Assembly (NCBI GenBank): GCA_963836205.1
Contig: CAWIIV010000017.1
Coordinates: 96,001-160,000, forward strand
Origin: an uncultured Acidimicrobiia bacterium
GTDB lineage: Bacteria > Actinomycetota > Acidimicrobiia > Acidimicrobiales > AC-14
Direction of reading: 5' to 3'
DNA: 64,000 nt
In this document: piece by piece, positions 10,196 to 18,878 of the stretch
How the letters are laid out: the number at the start of each line of letters is the position of its first letter
Position numbering within the stretch: position 1 is the first letter of the stretch
Made by a program: the position numbers and the translations under genes
The notes under the pieces: generated by a model
The model's database searches: none
The model's input: the letters and a program-made list of their open reading frames with translations, nothing else
What the model was told of the DNA's origin: nothing

Positions 10196-10612
10196 TCACG
10201 TGGGGCTGGTGATGGCGATGGTCGGAAAGTACGTCCGATACCGAGACGGGTCGCGTGTGAGCAATCCCAGTTCGGCAACGGCGGCGTGCGCTCCAATGAA
10301 GAAGTCGGGGAGCGGCGAGGATCTCGTTCCGCGGTTGCGCCGGTAGTCGAGGAACGTCTTGCCCGCCAGGAATGCCGCCTCCCACGGCAGGGCCAGCCGA
10401 CCATAGTCGCCGGGCGGGACGGCGGCATCGAGGTCCTCGATGCGACTGAAGCGGACCGAAACCTCGGCATAGATGACCGGGTTGATGAACAACGGGCCGG
10501 CGTCGGCGGCCCGGGCCAGCGCGTTCGCCGACCACCCGAGCCAGACCTCGTCCTCCGTCAGCACGTCGAGAAGCACGTTGCTGTCGACGAGAGTGCCGAT
10601 AGCCATCGTCAC
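10196..10612 (-). CDS. vapC: VapC family PIN-domain toxin
   Basis: LVDSNVLLD, YAEVS, LPDFFIGAHA, LLTRD. Confidence 0.95.
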   Translation of the reverse strand: MTMAIGTLVDSNVLLDVLTEDEVWLGWSANALARAADAGPLFINPVIYAEVSVRFSRIEDLDAAVPPGDYGRLALPWEAAFLAGKTFLDYRRNRGTRSSPLPDFFIGAHAAVAELGLLTRDPSRYRTYFPTIAITSPT

Positions 10613-10836
10613 AGCTGCCGGGTCAAAGCCATGATCTCCTCGGTCGTAAGCGCGACGTCGCCTCGCCCGCGTAGCCGCTGGACCAGCCGACTTCCACGCG
10701 TCGGCCCCTCCGCCAGCTTCCGGATCACGATCGCGTCGTCGTCTCGGTGGAACTCGACTTCGGTTCCGGCTCCGATCCCGAGCTCGTCGCGTAGGCGCTT
10801 GGGGATCGTCACCTGGCCCTTCTCCGTGACTCGCAT
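10609..10836 (-). CDS. vapB: AbrB/MazE/SpoVT family antitoxin
   Basis: MRVTEKGQVTIPKRLRDELGI...TTEEIMALTR; GTGA overlap with toxin. Confidence 0.93.
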   Translation of the reverse strand: MRVTEKGQVTIPKRLRDELGIGAGTEVEFHRDDDAIVIRKLAEGPTRGSRLVQRLRGRGDVALTTEEIMALTRQL

Positions 10837-10858
10837 GTAGGAAGACTACCGTTCCTAC
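10837..10858 (-). promoter_or_regulatory. vapBC operator palindrome overlapping a -10 box (leaderless promoter)
   Basis: GTAGGAA-N8-TTCCTAC abuts the ATG; TAGTCT lies 6 nt upstream of the ATG on the minus strand. Confidence 0.7.
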
Positions 10859-10861
10859 TCC

Positions 10862-11072
10862 TACCGACGGTGGGGACGGTTGACGAGCCCGCCGCCGGGC
10901 GCCAAGGCCGGGCGTTGGCGATCGTGCCCGACTCCACCCGGTCGGGGGCGAGCCGGCGGAAAGGCTCGAAGAGGTCGTCGACCTGGGCGGCGGGGACGAC
11001 GGGGCCCGAATTCGTGACTCGAACCCGTCCCGCGGGGCCGGTCTCGACCGTCAGCCATCCGCCGCCGGCCAT
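10862..11072 (-). pseudogene. Degenerate copy of the histidine kinase C-terminus
   Basis: GGWLTVETGPAGRVRVTNSGPVVPAAQVDDLFEPFRRLAPDRVES closely matches the kinase at 28125-28265. Confidence 0.85.
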
Positions 11073-11089
11073 TGGGGCAGCGGGCCGGA

Positions 11090-11478
11090 TCAGACGGCCG
11101 GAAGCGCCGGGCCCCGATCGCCACCCGCCCAGCGGAATGTCCACGAGCGGACCACGGGCCCGGCCGGGGGGACGAAGGGCCCGGCCAGAGCAAGTCCGGT
11201 GACGATGATCGCGGCCGCCAGCACTGCCACGGGGACGGCGGATGACCGGCGGGCGGCATCGACCGGCCGGTAGCCGTCCGTCGGCGCCGAGCCGGGGTCC
11301 GTCCCGACCTGCACGAGCCCGCGCCCACCCGTTTCACGTCGGCCCGGCGGTCCACCCCGCGGCCACAACGACGGCAAGGATGGCGAGCACGGGCATGGCG
11401 CCGGGGCCGACGGTGGACGACGGTCGGCGGCGGGGAGGCGGGAGGCGGGAGGCGGGAGGCGGGAGGCGGTCGCATCAA
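11090..11478 (-). pseudogene. Frameshifted second copy of the RGPP leader ORF
   Basis: YRPVDAARRS..P.AVLAAA.IVTGLALAG.FVPP.GPVVRS...AGGDRGPALPAV, spread over three frames; promoter region also duplicated. Confidence 0.85.
11433..11467. repeat. Heptamer tandem repeat (GGGAGGC)x5
   Basis: Five perfect copies counted directly. Confidence 0.95.
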
Positions 11479-11746
11479 GGGGTGGTGCCCGGGAGGGACA
11501 GCCAGCCCAGGATACCAACGACTCGTCCCGCGCGGCAGTGCGCCAGTGCGCCGCCATCCCCCGGCATGCCCGGCCCGACATCGGCGCCGATCGGGGTCCG
11601 CCAGAGCCCAGGTTCCTTCCCGTGGGCATCCGCGATCGGCGTTCAGTGGGCCGGTTAAGCTCGGTGTCGCGAGCTGGGGAGCGCGTTGAGGGAGGGGGGC
11701 GGGCGCCGTTCACTCGGATCGTGCGAATCCATGCCGCAGAAGCATC

Positions 11747-14026
11747 ATGGTCGGCGTACTGGGCGGCCTCGGGGTGTGGCGTGATGGCACCCCCGTGGCC
11801 GTGAGTTCCGGAGTCGCCTCGGTGTTGCTCTCCATGCTGGCCGTCGAGCGCCACCCGGTGACATCGAACGAGCTCCTCGACGTGCTCCAGCGTGTCGGGG
11901 TCAAGATCCGCTCCCAGGCGACGGTTCACACCGCCGTGTGGCGACTCCGGCGGGTCTTGGGCGACGATGCGCTCGCCGCCGCCGTCGGCTACAGCCTCAA
12001 CCGGGACATCTGCACTACCGACGCCGCCATCTTCGAGGACACGCTGGCTGATGCCCGTGCCAAACGGGCGGCAGGCGATCCCTGCGGTGCGGCCGCTCTG
12101 TTCGGCGAGGCGATCGCACTGTGGCGGGGCCCGGCCCTCGCCGAGCTCTCCGCCGGGTCTCACCGCTACCCGCACGCGCTCCGACTCGAAGAGCTGCGGA
12201 TCGGTGCGTCCGAGGAGTGGGCGGCCGCGCTGGCGGCCGACTCCCGTCCCGGCGAAGCCGTTCGGGTTCTGGAGCGGATCGTGCACGCCCACCCGCTCCG
12301 AGAGCACGCGTGGGCCCTGCTGATCGTGGCCCAGGATCAGGCGGGCCGGCGGGCGGACGCCCGCTTCTCTTTCGACCAGGCCCGTCTGCGCCTCGCCGAG
12401 CACGGCCTCGAACCCGGTTTGGAGCTCCTCGCCCGGTCCGCTCGGCTGGCCGTCCCCCCACTGGCCTCGGACGTCGACGGCGACGACCCTGGTACCCCGC
12501 TGCCGCCGATCGTGAAGGTGTTGCGCCGGCACCCCGTCGTGGGCCACCACGAGACGCTCGACATCCTGCGAACGGCGCTCGGATTGGACACCGCCGACCT
12601 GGGGACGTCGATCGTGCTGGTGTCGGGCCCAGCGGGGATCGGCAAGACGCGCCTGGTCGCCGAAGCGGTCGCCGAGGCGCATCGGGCCGGCGCGCGGATC
12701 TGGTTCGAGGTGACGGACTCGGGGTCGTGTGCTCCTCTGTCGCCGCTGGGGAGCTGGGCCCGAGCCGTGGCTTCGGGCCTGCCCCAGAGCCGGGAGCAGG
12801 AGGTCTGCCGCGGTCCCCTCCGCTCGCTTCTCCACCCCTCGGAGGCTTGGCCCGCTTCGACGGACCCCGATCACGAGCGGTGGGCGCTCTACGAGGCCGT
12901 GGCCGCGCTGGTTGCCGAGGTCTGCGGCCGACGGTCTGTGCTGGTGCTCGACGACCTTCACCGCGCCCCCAGCGACACCCTGGCCCTGCTGGGCTACCTG
13001 TTGAGCACCCGGCCGAGTCTGCCCCTGTGCGTCGTGTGCTCGTACCGGCCCGGCGCCGTCGATGACCAGTGGCTTGCCGCGCTCCAGGCGCTCAAGCGGC
13101 ATCCGGGTCTGACGGGCGACGTCGTGGTGCCCGCGCTCGATCGGCAGGCGTCCACCCAGCTGTTCGCGACCCTGAGCCCGAGCGCGGACGACGTTGAGGC
13201 CGACGACGACGAGCTGGCCGACCGCCTGGTGCGCGTAACCGGCGGGAACCCGGCGCTGATCCACCGCGTGGCCTTCGACGGGGATGCCCTCGCCCATGCC
13301 GTCAAAGGAGGCCCGCTTCCAGGGACGCTGGCGCAGGAGGTCGCCGGTCGGCTGACCGAGCAGCTCGACGCCGACAGCCGTTGGGCTGTCGAACTGGCCG
13401 CAGCCGCAGCCGTCGCCCAGCCGGTCGTCCCCGGGCGGGTGCTGGTTGCCGCGGCGGCGCTCATCGGGCGGCCTTCCGCGTGCCCGGTGCTCGACGGCGC
13501 CCGGAAGGCGACCAACGCGGGAATCCTGCACGAGGCGCCCGGGGTAGAGCATGCCTGGCACTTCGACAACGAGCTCTTCTGCCATTCCATCTACGAGTGC
13601 ATCCCCGCGCAGCACCGCGAGCGCATGCACGGCGCCATCGGCGACGTCCTCCGATCACTGCCCGACCCGGTCAGCGACGACCGGCGGGCGGAGCGGATCG
13701 CGTTTCACCTCTACCGGGCCTGGCCCGGGTGCCAGGCCGCGGAGGCGGCCCTGTGGTTGCGCGCCGCCGCCGAGCAGGCGATCGACCGGGCCGACCACAA
13801 GGGCGCGGCCGCCCTCGTCGCCCAGGCACTTGAGCTCTACGCGGGAGAGGCGACCTCCACTGCCGACCGGGAGCGGGGCGAGTTGTGGTTGTTCCTCGGC
13901 CGGGCACGGGTCGGTGCGGGCGACGGGCCCGGTGCGGCGATGGCCTTCAACGAAGCTGGCCGGCTGGGCCGGCAGTACGGGTGGCCGGACATCGAGGCCG
14001 CCGCCGTGGTGAGCGCCTCGAGGTGA
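11747..14026 (+). CDS. AfsR/SARP-type regulator (winged helix, BTAD, AAA ATPase)
   Basis: GVLGGL, ALWRGPALAE, HPLREHAWALLI, GPAGIGKT, LVLDDLH, TGGNP. Confidence 0.88.
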   Translation: MVGVLGGLGVWRDGTPVAVSSGVASVLLSMLAVERHPVTSNELLDVLQRVGVKIRSQATVHTAVWRLRRVLGDDALAAAVGYSLNRDICTTDAAIFEDTLADARAKRAAGDPCGAAALFGEAIALWRGPALAELSAGSHRYPHALRLEELRIGASEEWAAALAADSRPGEAVRVLERIVHAHPLREHAWALLIVAQDQAGRRADARFSFDQARLRLAEHGLEPGLELLARSARLAVPPLASDVDGDDPGTPLPPIVKVLRRHPVVGHHETLDILRTALGLDTADLGTSIVLVSGPAGIGKTRLVAEAVAEAHRAGARIWFEVTDSGSCAPLSPLGSWARAVASGLPQSREQEVCRGPLRSLLHPSEAWPASTDPDHERWALYEAVAALVAEVCGRRSVLVLDDLHRAPSDTLALLGYLLSTRPSLPLCVVCSYRPGAVDDQWLAALQALKRHPGLTGDVVVPALDRQASTQLFATLSPSADDVEADDDELADRLVRVTGGNPALIHRVAFDGDALAHAVKGGPLPGTLAQEVAGRLTEQLDADSRWAVELAAAAAVAQPVVPGRVLVAAAALIGRPSACPVLDGARKATNAGILHEAPGVEHAWHFDNELFCHSIYECIPAQHRERMHGAIGDVLRSLPDPVSDDRRAERIAFHLYRAWPGCQAAEAALWLRAAAEQAIDRADHKGAAALVAQALELYAGEATSTADRERGELWLFLGRARVGAGDGPGAAMAFNEAGRLGRQYGWPDIEAAAVVSASR

Positions 14027-14272
14027 GTGACCGGGCGGACACGGGCCGGGGCCAAACGTCACCGACGCCGAGAACGAGGAGCCGCCGTTCCCGGTCGGTG
14101 ACGTTGGTCAGACCGACGGCCGGCGCCTGCGGCATCAGCGTCGAGGACCTGCGCTCCGCCGCCCCGCCTCGACTGCGGGACCGCCTTCCTGAGCCCTTGA
14201 CCGTCGGGTGACGCTCCGGGGCGCGGTCGAGCGGCCCGCGTCACGGCCGCCGAGGCTGCTCGAGGGGGCCGG

Positions 14273-15478
14273 TCAGGTCGAGGCGGGCACCGAGGCCAGG
14301 TCGTGGTCGGCGCGGAAGGGCTCCGGACGATCGCCGCACCCCAGGAGCCACTCCAACGCTTCGGCCGAGCGTTGCCCAGCCCGCCCGTCACCGTAGAGAG
14401 CTTTCCCGACTGCGCGGTGAACCCCGCCGAGGTGGCCGCCAAGGATCTCCTCCGCCGCCCCCACGATCCGGTCCGTCTCGGTTCCGACGAGGGTCGCCAC
14501 CCCTGCCTCGATCCCTTCGTTGCGCTCGGTGCGGTCCCGCATCACGAGGACCGGCACGCCAAGCGCCGGTGCCTCCTCCTGCACTCCCCCGGAATCGGTG
14601 AGCACCAGAGAGGCGTTCGCCAGCAAACGGGCGAACTGCGCGTACATGAGCGGGGGAGCGATGCACACGTTGACGACATCGGCCAACTCGGTCTCGAACG
14701 TCGATCGAACGGACGGGTTCATGTGGGTCACGACGACGAAGGTGGTGTCCCGGTGCGACGAGGCCAGCGCTCGTACCGCCGCCGCGATGCGGCCCATCCC
14801 CTCCCCCCACGACTCACGCCGGTGAGCCGTCACGACGACCACCCGCCCGCTCCCTGCTAGCGCTCGTTCGAGCTGGGCCGGCAATCGGCCGGGCTTGCCG
14901 GCTGCATGATGGAGGGCGTCGACCACGGTGTTCCCGGTGACGATCACCTTGGCCGGACTGTGGCCCTCGGCCAGAAGATTTTGCTGAGCCGAGACCGTGG
15001 GCGCGAGGTGCAGCGCCGCGAACGCGGCAACCATTCGGCGGTTGCCCTCCTCGGGGAAGGGGGCGGCCAGGCTTCCACTCCGCAGGCCGGCCTCGACGTG
15101 GACGACCGGAATGCCCCGGAGGAAGGCGGCCTGCGCACCGCTGAGAACCGAGGCGGTGTCGCCCTGGACGATCACCGCGTCCGGCTGAAGGTCCGCCATC
15201 GCCCGGTCGAGGTGCAGCAGCAGATCGGCGTAGAGCCGCGCCAGCCCGTCCTTCGGCCGGCGGGGGATGCGAAGCGCCAACGTCGGAGTGATGTCGAAGA
15301 GGTCCAACACGTCCTCGACGACGTCGCCGTGCTGGCCGGTCGTGACGATCAACGGGAGGACCCGGCCCCGTTCCCGCATCGCCAGTGCCACCGGAGCGAG
15401 CTTGATGGCCTCCGGGCGGGTTCCGATCGTCAGGATGGCGGTTCGCGTCGATGGGGACGATCCCGAGCGCCCTGTCAT
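14273..15478 (-). CDS. wecB: UDP-N-acetylglucosamine 2-epimerase (non-hydrolysing)
   Basis: GTRPEAIKLAP, QGDT, HVEAGLRS, PFPEEGNR, TAHRRE, TDSGGVQEEAP, YGDG. Confidence 0.96.
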   Translation of the reverse strand: MTGRSGSSPSTRTAILTIGTRPEAIKLAPVALAMRERGRVLPLIVTTGQHGDVVEDVLDLFDITPTLALRIPRRPKDGLARLYADLLLHLDRAMADLQPDAVIVQGDTASVLSGAQAAFLRGIPVVHVEAGLRSGSLAAPFPEEGNRRMVAAFAALHLAPTVSAQQNLLAEGHSPAKVIVTGNTVVDALHHAAGKPGRLPAQLERALAGSGRVVVVTAHRRESWGEGMGRIAAAVRALASSHRDTTFVVVTHMNPSVRSTFETELADVVNVCIAPPLMYAQFARLLANASLVLTDSGGVQEEAPALGVPVLVMRDRTERNEGIEAGVATLVGTETDRIVGAAEEILGGHLGGVHRAVGKALYGDGRAGQRSAEALEWLLGCGDRPEPFRADHDLASVPAST

Positions 15479-18291
15479 CGCTCACTCCCCCCGGTCGGCG
15501 GCCGGTTCGGCCCGACGAGCGACGCCGGCTGGAGCTCGACCAGCAGCTCTCCGTAGAGTGCTTCAAGCCGCTCCTCGAGGAACCGCTCACCGCGGGCGGT
15601 GGTCTCGGTCAGACCCTCCTGCACGACCGCGAGCGCGTAGGCCTGCTTGCCCGACCTCCGGTAGCTGTCGGCCAGCAGCTCGACCAGCACCCCGCGAAAC
15701 ATCCGCACCCCGGCCCCGTCGAGGCGGCGGAGGGCGCGGGCCAGCCGTACTGCGCTGGCGTCGAAGTCGCCGTCCGCGTCGGCGAGGGCCCACGCCCGCA
15801 GGCATTGGGCGAGAGCGGACCAGGCGGGCATGTCGATGTCGAGGTCGTAGGTCGCGAGCCGTTTGGTCCAGGCCGCCACCTCGTCAGCGTCGCGTGAGAA
15901 TGCCCCGAGCATCACCAGTCCGAACAATGACACCGCCGAGCTCGACTCCGTGCCGACCCGAGCGGCGACACCCACGGCCTGGCGGCTCATCCTGCTCGCT
16001 CCGACGTCGTCGCCGGCCAGACCGAGGCCGAAGGCGGCGTACAGCGGGGCGGTCACCGCCGGCTGGTCGAGGAGCGGCACCGACAGGTCGAGGTCGCACG
16101 GGCCCACTCCCGCGTCGAGGACGGTTCCGAACAGGTCCCGGGCCGAGCCCGAGTCGCCGAGGTGGAAGGCGGCGACGCCGAGCGCCACCTGACTGGCGGC
16201 GAGCAGGTCGTCGTCGTCTCGGTGACTGGCCACGAAGGCGAGCTGGCCCCCCATGTTGCGGGCCTCGACGAAGTCGCCGCCGACGACCGCGTGGTCCCAG
16301 AGCCACGCCGCCGCGATCGCCGGCTTGTCGGCGGGCGAGAGCTCGATCAGCGACGCCCGAACCCTCTCCCGGACAGGCCCCAGCTTCTCGTTGCCGTAGC
16401 CGCCGCTCCTGGTCAGAATCTGCCCGATGGCGACGTGGACCCGGACGTCGAGAGCCGTGCGCTCGCTCCCTGGAGGCAGGCGCATGATCATCGCCCGACA
16501 GCGATCGAACAACGCTCTCGTCTCGGCACGGTCCAGCCGCGCGGCCGAGCGGATGGCCTCGAGCAGCTCGGCCAGCTCCTCCGCGTCACTGCCGGGAGCC
16601 GACACCACCGGGGGGCTGAGCGGGGCGGAAGGCGATGCCGCGGCCGTCGGGGGCAGGTGCTCACGCGCGGGGAGTGCGGAGACCAGCACGCGCGGCGGCG
16701 CTGCATCGGGCTCGGGGACGGTAACCGGGGGCCGGGGGCCGGGGGTGGGGGTCGTCGCCCCGGCGACCGGGGTCCCCGTGAGCCAACGATCCCAGAGGTC
16801 GACCAGGCGAGACAGGTGGCTGCCCGGCATCACCAGGCGACCGCGCAGCTGGACGACCCCGTAGGCCGCCAACGCGCCGAAGGGCAGCAACAGCGCCGTC
16901 AGCAGGTTGGCGACGGCCAGGTTGTGGGTCGCTCCGACGCTGCCTTTCATCGCCGCGACGGCCACGTACTCCACTGCGGCACACGAACCGAGGAGCACGA
17001 GGAGCTGCCCGACGGGCAGCCACTCCAGGGCATCGTGCTTGCGACTGTGGCGTTGGAGCGCCCGGCCGAGCCGGATGGCCATTCCCCACGCCACGGGCAA
17101 CAGGAGCCACGCGGCCCATCGCAGCGAGGGGAAGAGCACCGAGACCGCGCAGACGCGGCACGATCGCTCCTTCGCCGGCCCACCCTCCTCGGCTCGGTGG
17201 TTGCCGAGGTCGTTCGGACGCACGTCGGCCGCCTCCGCGGCAACCCGCCGGTGCAGGCCGATCAGCCTTCCCGGACGAGCCAGGAGGAGACGGGCGGCCC
17301 GGGCGACGGAGAAGTCGCGCCTGAAGACGGGGTAGTCGGGGTGCCCCGTGGCATTGCCGATGTCGTAGAACGAAGATCCTGCGAACACGCCCAGCGACGG
17401 CGGCAGGCCGAGGGCCACGAGGTCTTCGGCAGGCGGCTGATCACGATCGAGGACGGTCGAAAACACGAGGTTGTAGGCATCGGCCTCGACGATGGCGTCC
17501 GGGCGCAGAGACAGCTCGGCCACGCCGGCGACAAGGACCACGGATGCACACACGGCGGCCATCGCTCGGATCGCCGGCCGCTTCCACGGTGCCGGTCCCT
17601 TCACGCTGCGGACGATCAGGGCGACGGCCAACGGCAGGGCGAGCAGTCCGGTCGTGTCGTTCGCAGTGGCCAGGGCGACCGAGCACCCGCCCAGAACCAG
17701 CAGGGCCAGGGCGGCGGGACCGGTCCTGGCCGGGTTCCAGAGCCAGGCGGCGGACACGCCGATGATGGCCAGGAACGCGATCGGCTCGGTGTACATCGAG
17801 ACCAGATAGGCGGCGAATCCGGCGTCGGCGACCACGAGGGTGACGCCTACGCCGACGAGCAGACGAGCGCGTCGGCGTCCGGGGAGCAACGCCACCAGGC
17901 AACCGACGCCGAGACCCATGAGCCCGGCACTCAGGACCCCCAGCGTCCTCAGATCGAAACTAGGTCCAATCCCCGCCAGCTGGCTCACCGCCCGCGCCGC
18001 TCGCAGGAGCACCACCTCGCTGGACGGGTAACGCCCGGACCCCCAGCCGGCGCAGGCATCGACCGGCCACGAGTCAGGTGCGAAGTCCGTGACGAGATAG
18101 TCGAAGTAGCCGGTGGTGTCCGCCGCCGGCCGAGCCTTGATACCGACCTGACAGGCCAACCGGTCGCCCTCACCGTTGTCGGCCAGTCCGACACCCGGGG
18201 GCAGGAAGAGATGGAGGAGAACCACCAGCGCCGCCCCGGCCCCGGCCGCGACCGGCATGGGTAGCCGGCGCCATGCGGTCCGGATCCTCAC
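15475..18291 (-). CDS. Polytopic membrane glycan-synthesis protein (WsfD-like, GT-C type) fused to a C-terminal TPR-like domain
   Basis: GLADNGEGDRL motif, YLVSMYTEP, multiple TMs; Pro-rich linker, then a helical region like STAND-protein TPR tails; GTG overlaps the exosortase stop. Confidence 0.6.
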   Translation of the reverse strand: MRIRTAWRRLPMPVAAGAGAALVVLLHLFLPPGVGLADNGEGDRLACQVGIKARPAADTTGYFDYLVTDFAPDSWPVDACAGWGSGRYPSSEVVLLRAARAVSQLAGIGPSFDLRTLGVLSAGLMGLGVGCLVALLPGRRRARLLVGVGVTLVVADAGFAAYLVSMYTEPIAFLAIIGVSAAWLWNPARTGPAALALLVLGGCSVALATANDTTGLLALPLAVALIVRSVKGPAPWKRPAIRAMAAVCASVVLVAGVAELSLRPDAIVEADAYNLVFSTVLDRDQPPAEDLVALGLPPSLGVFAGSSFYDIGNATGHPDYPVFRRDFSVARAARLLLARPGRLIGLHRRVAAEAADVRPNDLGNHRAEEGGPAKERSCRVCAVSVLFPSLRWAAWLLLPVAWGMAIRLGRALQRHSRKHDALEWLPVGQLLVLLGSCAAVEYVAVAAMKGSVGATHNLAVANLLTALLLPFGALAAYGVVQLRGRLVMPGSHLSRLVDLWDRWLTGTPVAGATTPTPGPRPPVTVPEPDAAPPRVLVSALPAREHLPPTAAASPSAPLSPPVVSAPGSDAEELAELLEAIRSAARLDRAETRALFDRCRAMIMRLPPGSERTALDVRVHVAIGQILTRSGGYGNEKLGPVRERVRASLIELSPADKPAIAAAWLWDHAVVGGDFVEARNMGGQLAFVASHRDDDDLLAASQVALGVAAFHLGDSGSARDLFGTVLDAGVGPCDLDLSVPLLDQPAVTAPLYAAFGLGLAGDDVGASRMSRQAVGVAARVGTESSSAVSLFGLVMLGAFSRDADEVAAWTKRLATYDLDIDMPAWSALAQCLRAWALADADGDFDASAVRLARALRRLDGAGVRMFRGVLVELLADSYRRSGKQAYALAVVQEGLTETTARGERFLEERLEALYGELLVELQPASLVGPNRPPTGGSER

Positions 18292-18878
18292 GCCATCGAA
18301 CCTCCGGCGATGACCGGCCGCGGCGACCGGAACCCCAGTTGGATCAGGATCCACAGGCCGAGCACGCCGCCGGCCAGCGTCAAGATCGATCCGGCCACGA
18401 TGTGCGACCACCAGAAGCCGCTCTGCTGGCCCCACAGATGGGTCGCCCAGGCGATCATGCTCACCCGCCCGATGTTCACGGCCGTGACGGCCGCCGCGGC
18501 CAGCGCGGTGGCGAACAGCACCCGATCCGGAGGAAGGCGCTTGCCGACGCAGACGAGGGCGGCGATGCAGAGCAGGGGTCCGATGACGAAGGCGGCCGAG
18601 CAGTCCGGGGTGATGAACAAGCCGCGCGCCGCCGAGGTGCCGACGGACCACATGAAGACCTGGTGGCCTTGCCAGTAGACCGTGTCGGTGCTGGTGAGCC
18701 AGCGAGTGATGACGGAAGCACCCTCGGCTTCGAGATCGCGAAACCCGCTGTTCGCCACCATGACGGAAACCGCGATGGCCACCAGGCCCACGGCCACCGC
18801 GACCCGCCAGACCAACGGACCCGTTTCGCGCGTCCCCGCGTCAGCGCCTGCCGACGGGTCCGGCGTCCTTTCCGTCAT
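18288..18878 (-). CDS. Exosortase/archaeosortase family protein
   Basis: Cys-Arg-His triad in canonical context: ITPDCSA, VNIGRV, WWSHIVAG; several TMs. Confidence 0.88.
   Translation of the reverse strand: MTERTPDPSAGADAGTRETGPLVWRVAVAVGLVAIAVSVMVANSGFRDLEAEGASVITRWLTSTDTVYWQGHQVFMWSVGTSAARGLFITPDCSAAFVIGPLLCIAALVCVGKRLPPDRVLFATALAAAAVTAVNIGRVSMIAWATHLWGQQSGFWWSHIVAGSILTLAGGVLGLWILIQLGFRSPRPVIAGGSMA

Noticed and set aside
11090-13630. 846-aa minus-strand ORF and similar long antisense ORFs (16162-18264, 19277-21085, 48005-49879, 55869-57629)
   Set aside because: Shadow frames of real genes in high-GC DNA, with no family motifs
14027-14272. Small gene between the AfsR-like gene and wecB
   Set aside because: No convincing start, RBS or motif in any frame
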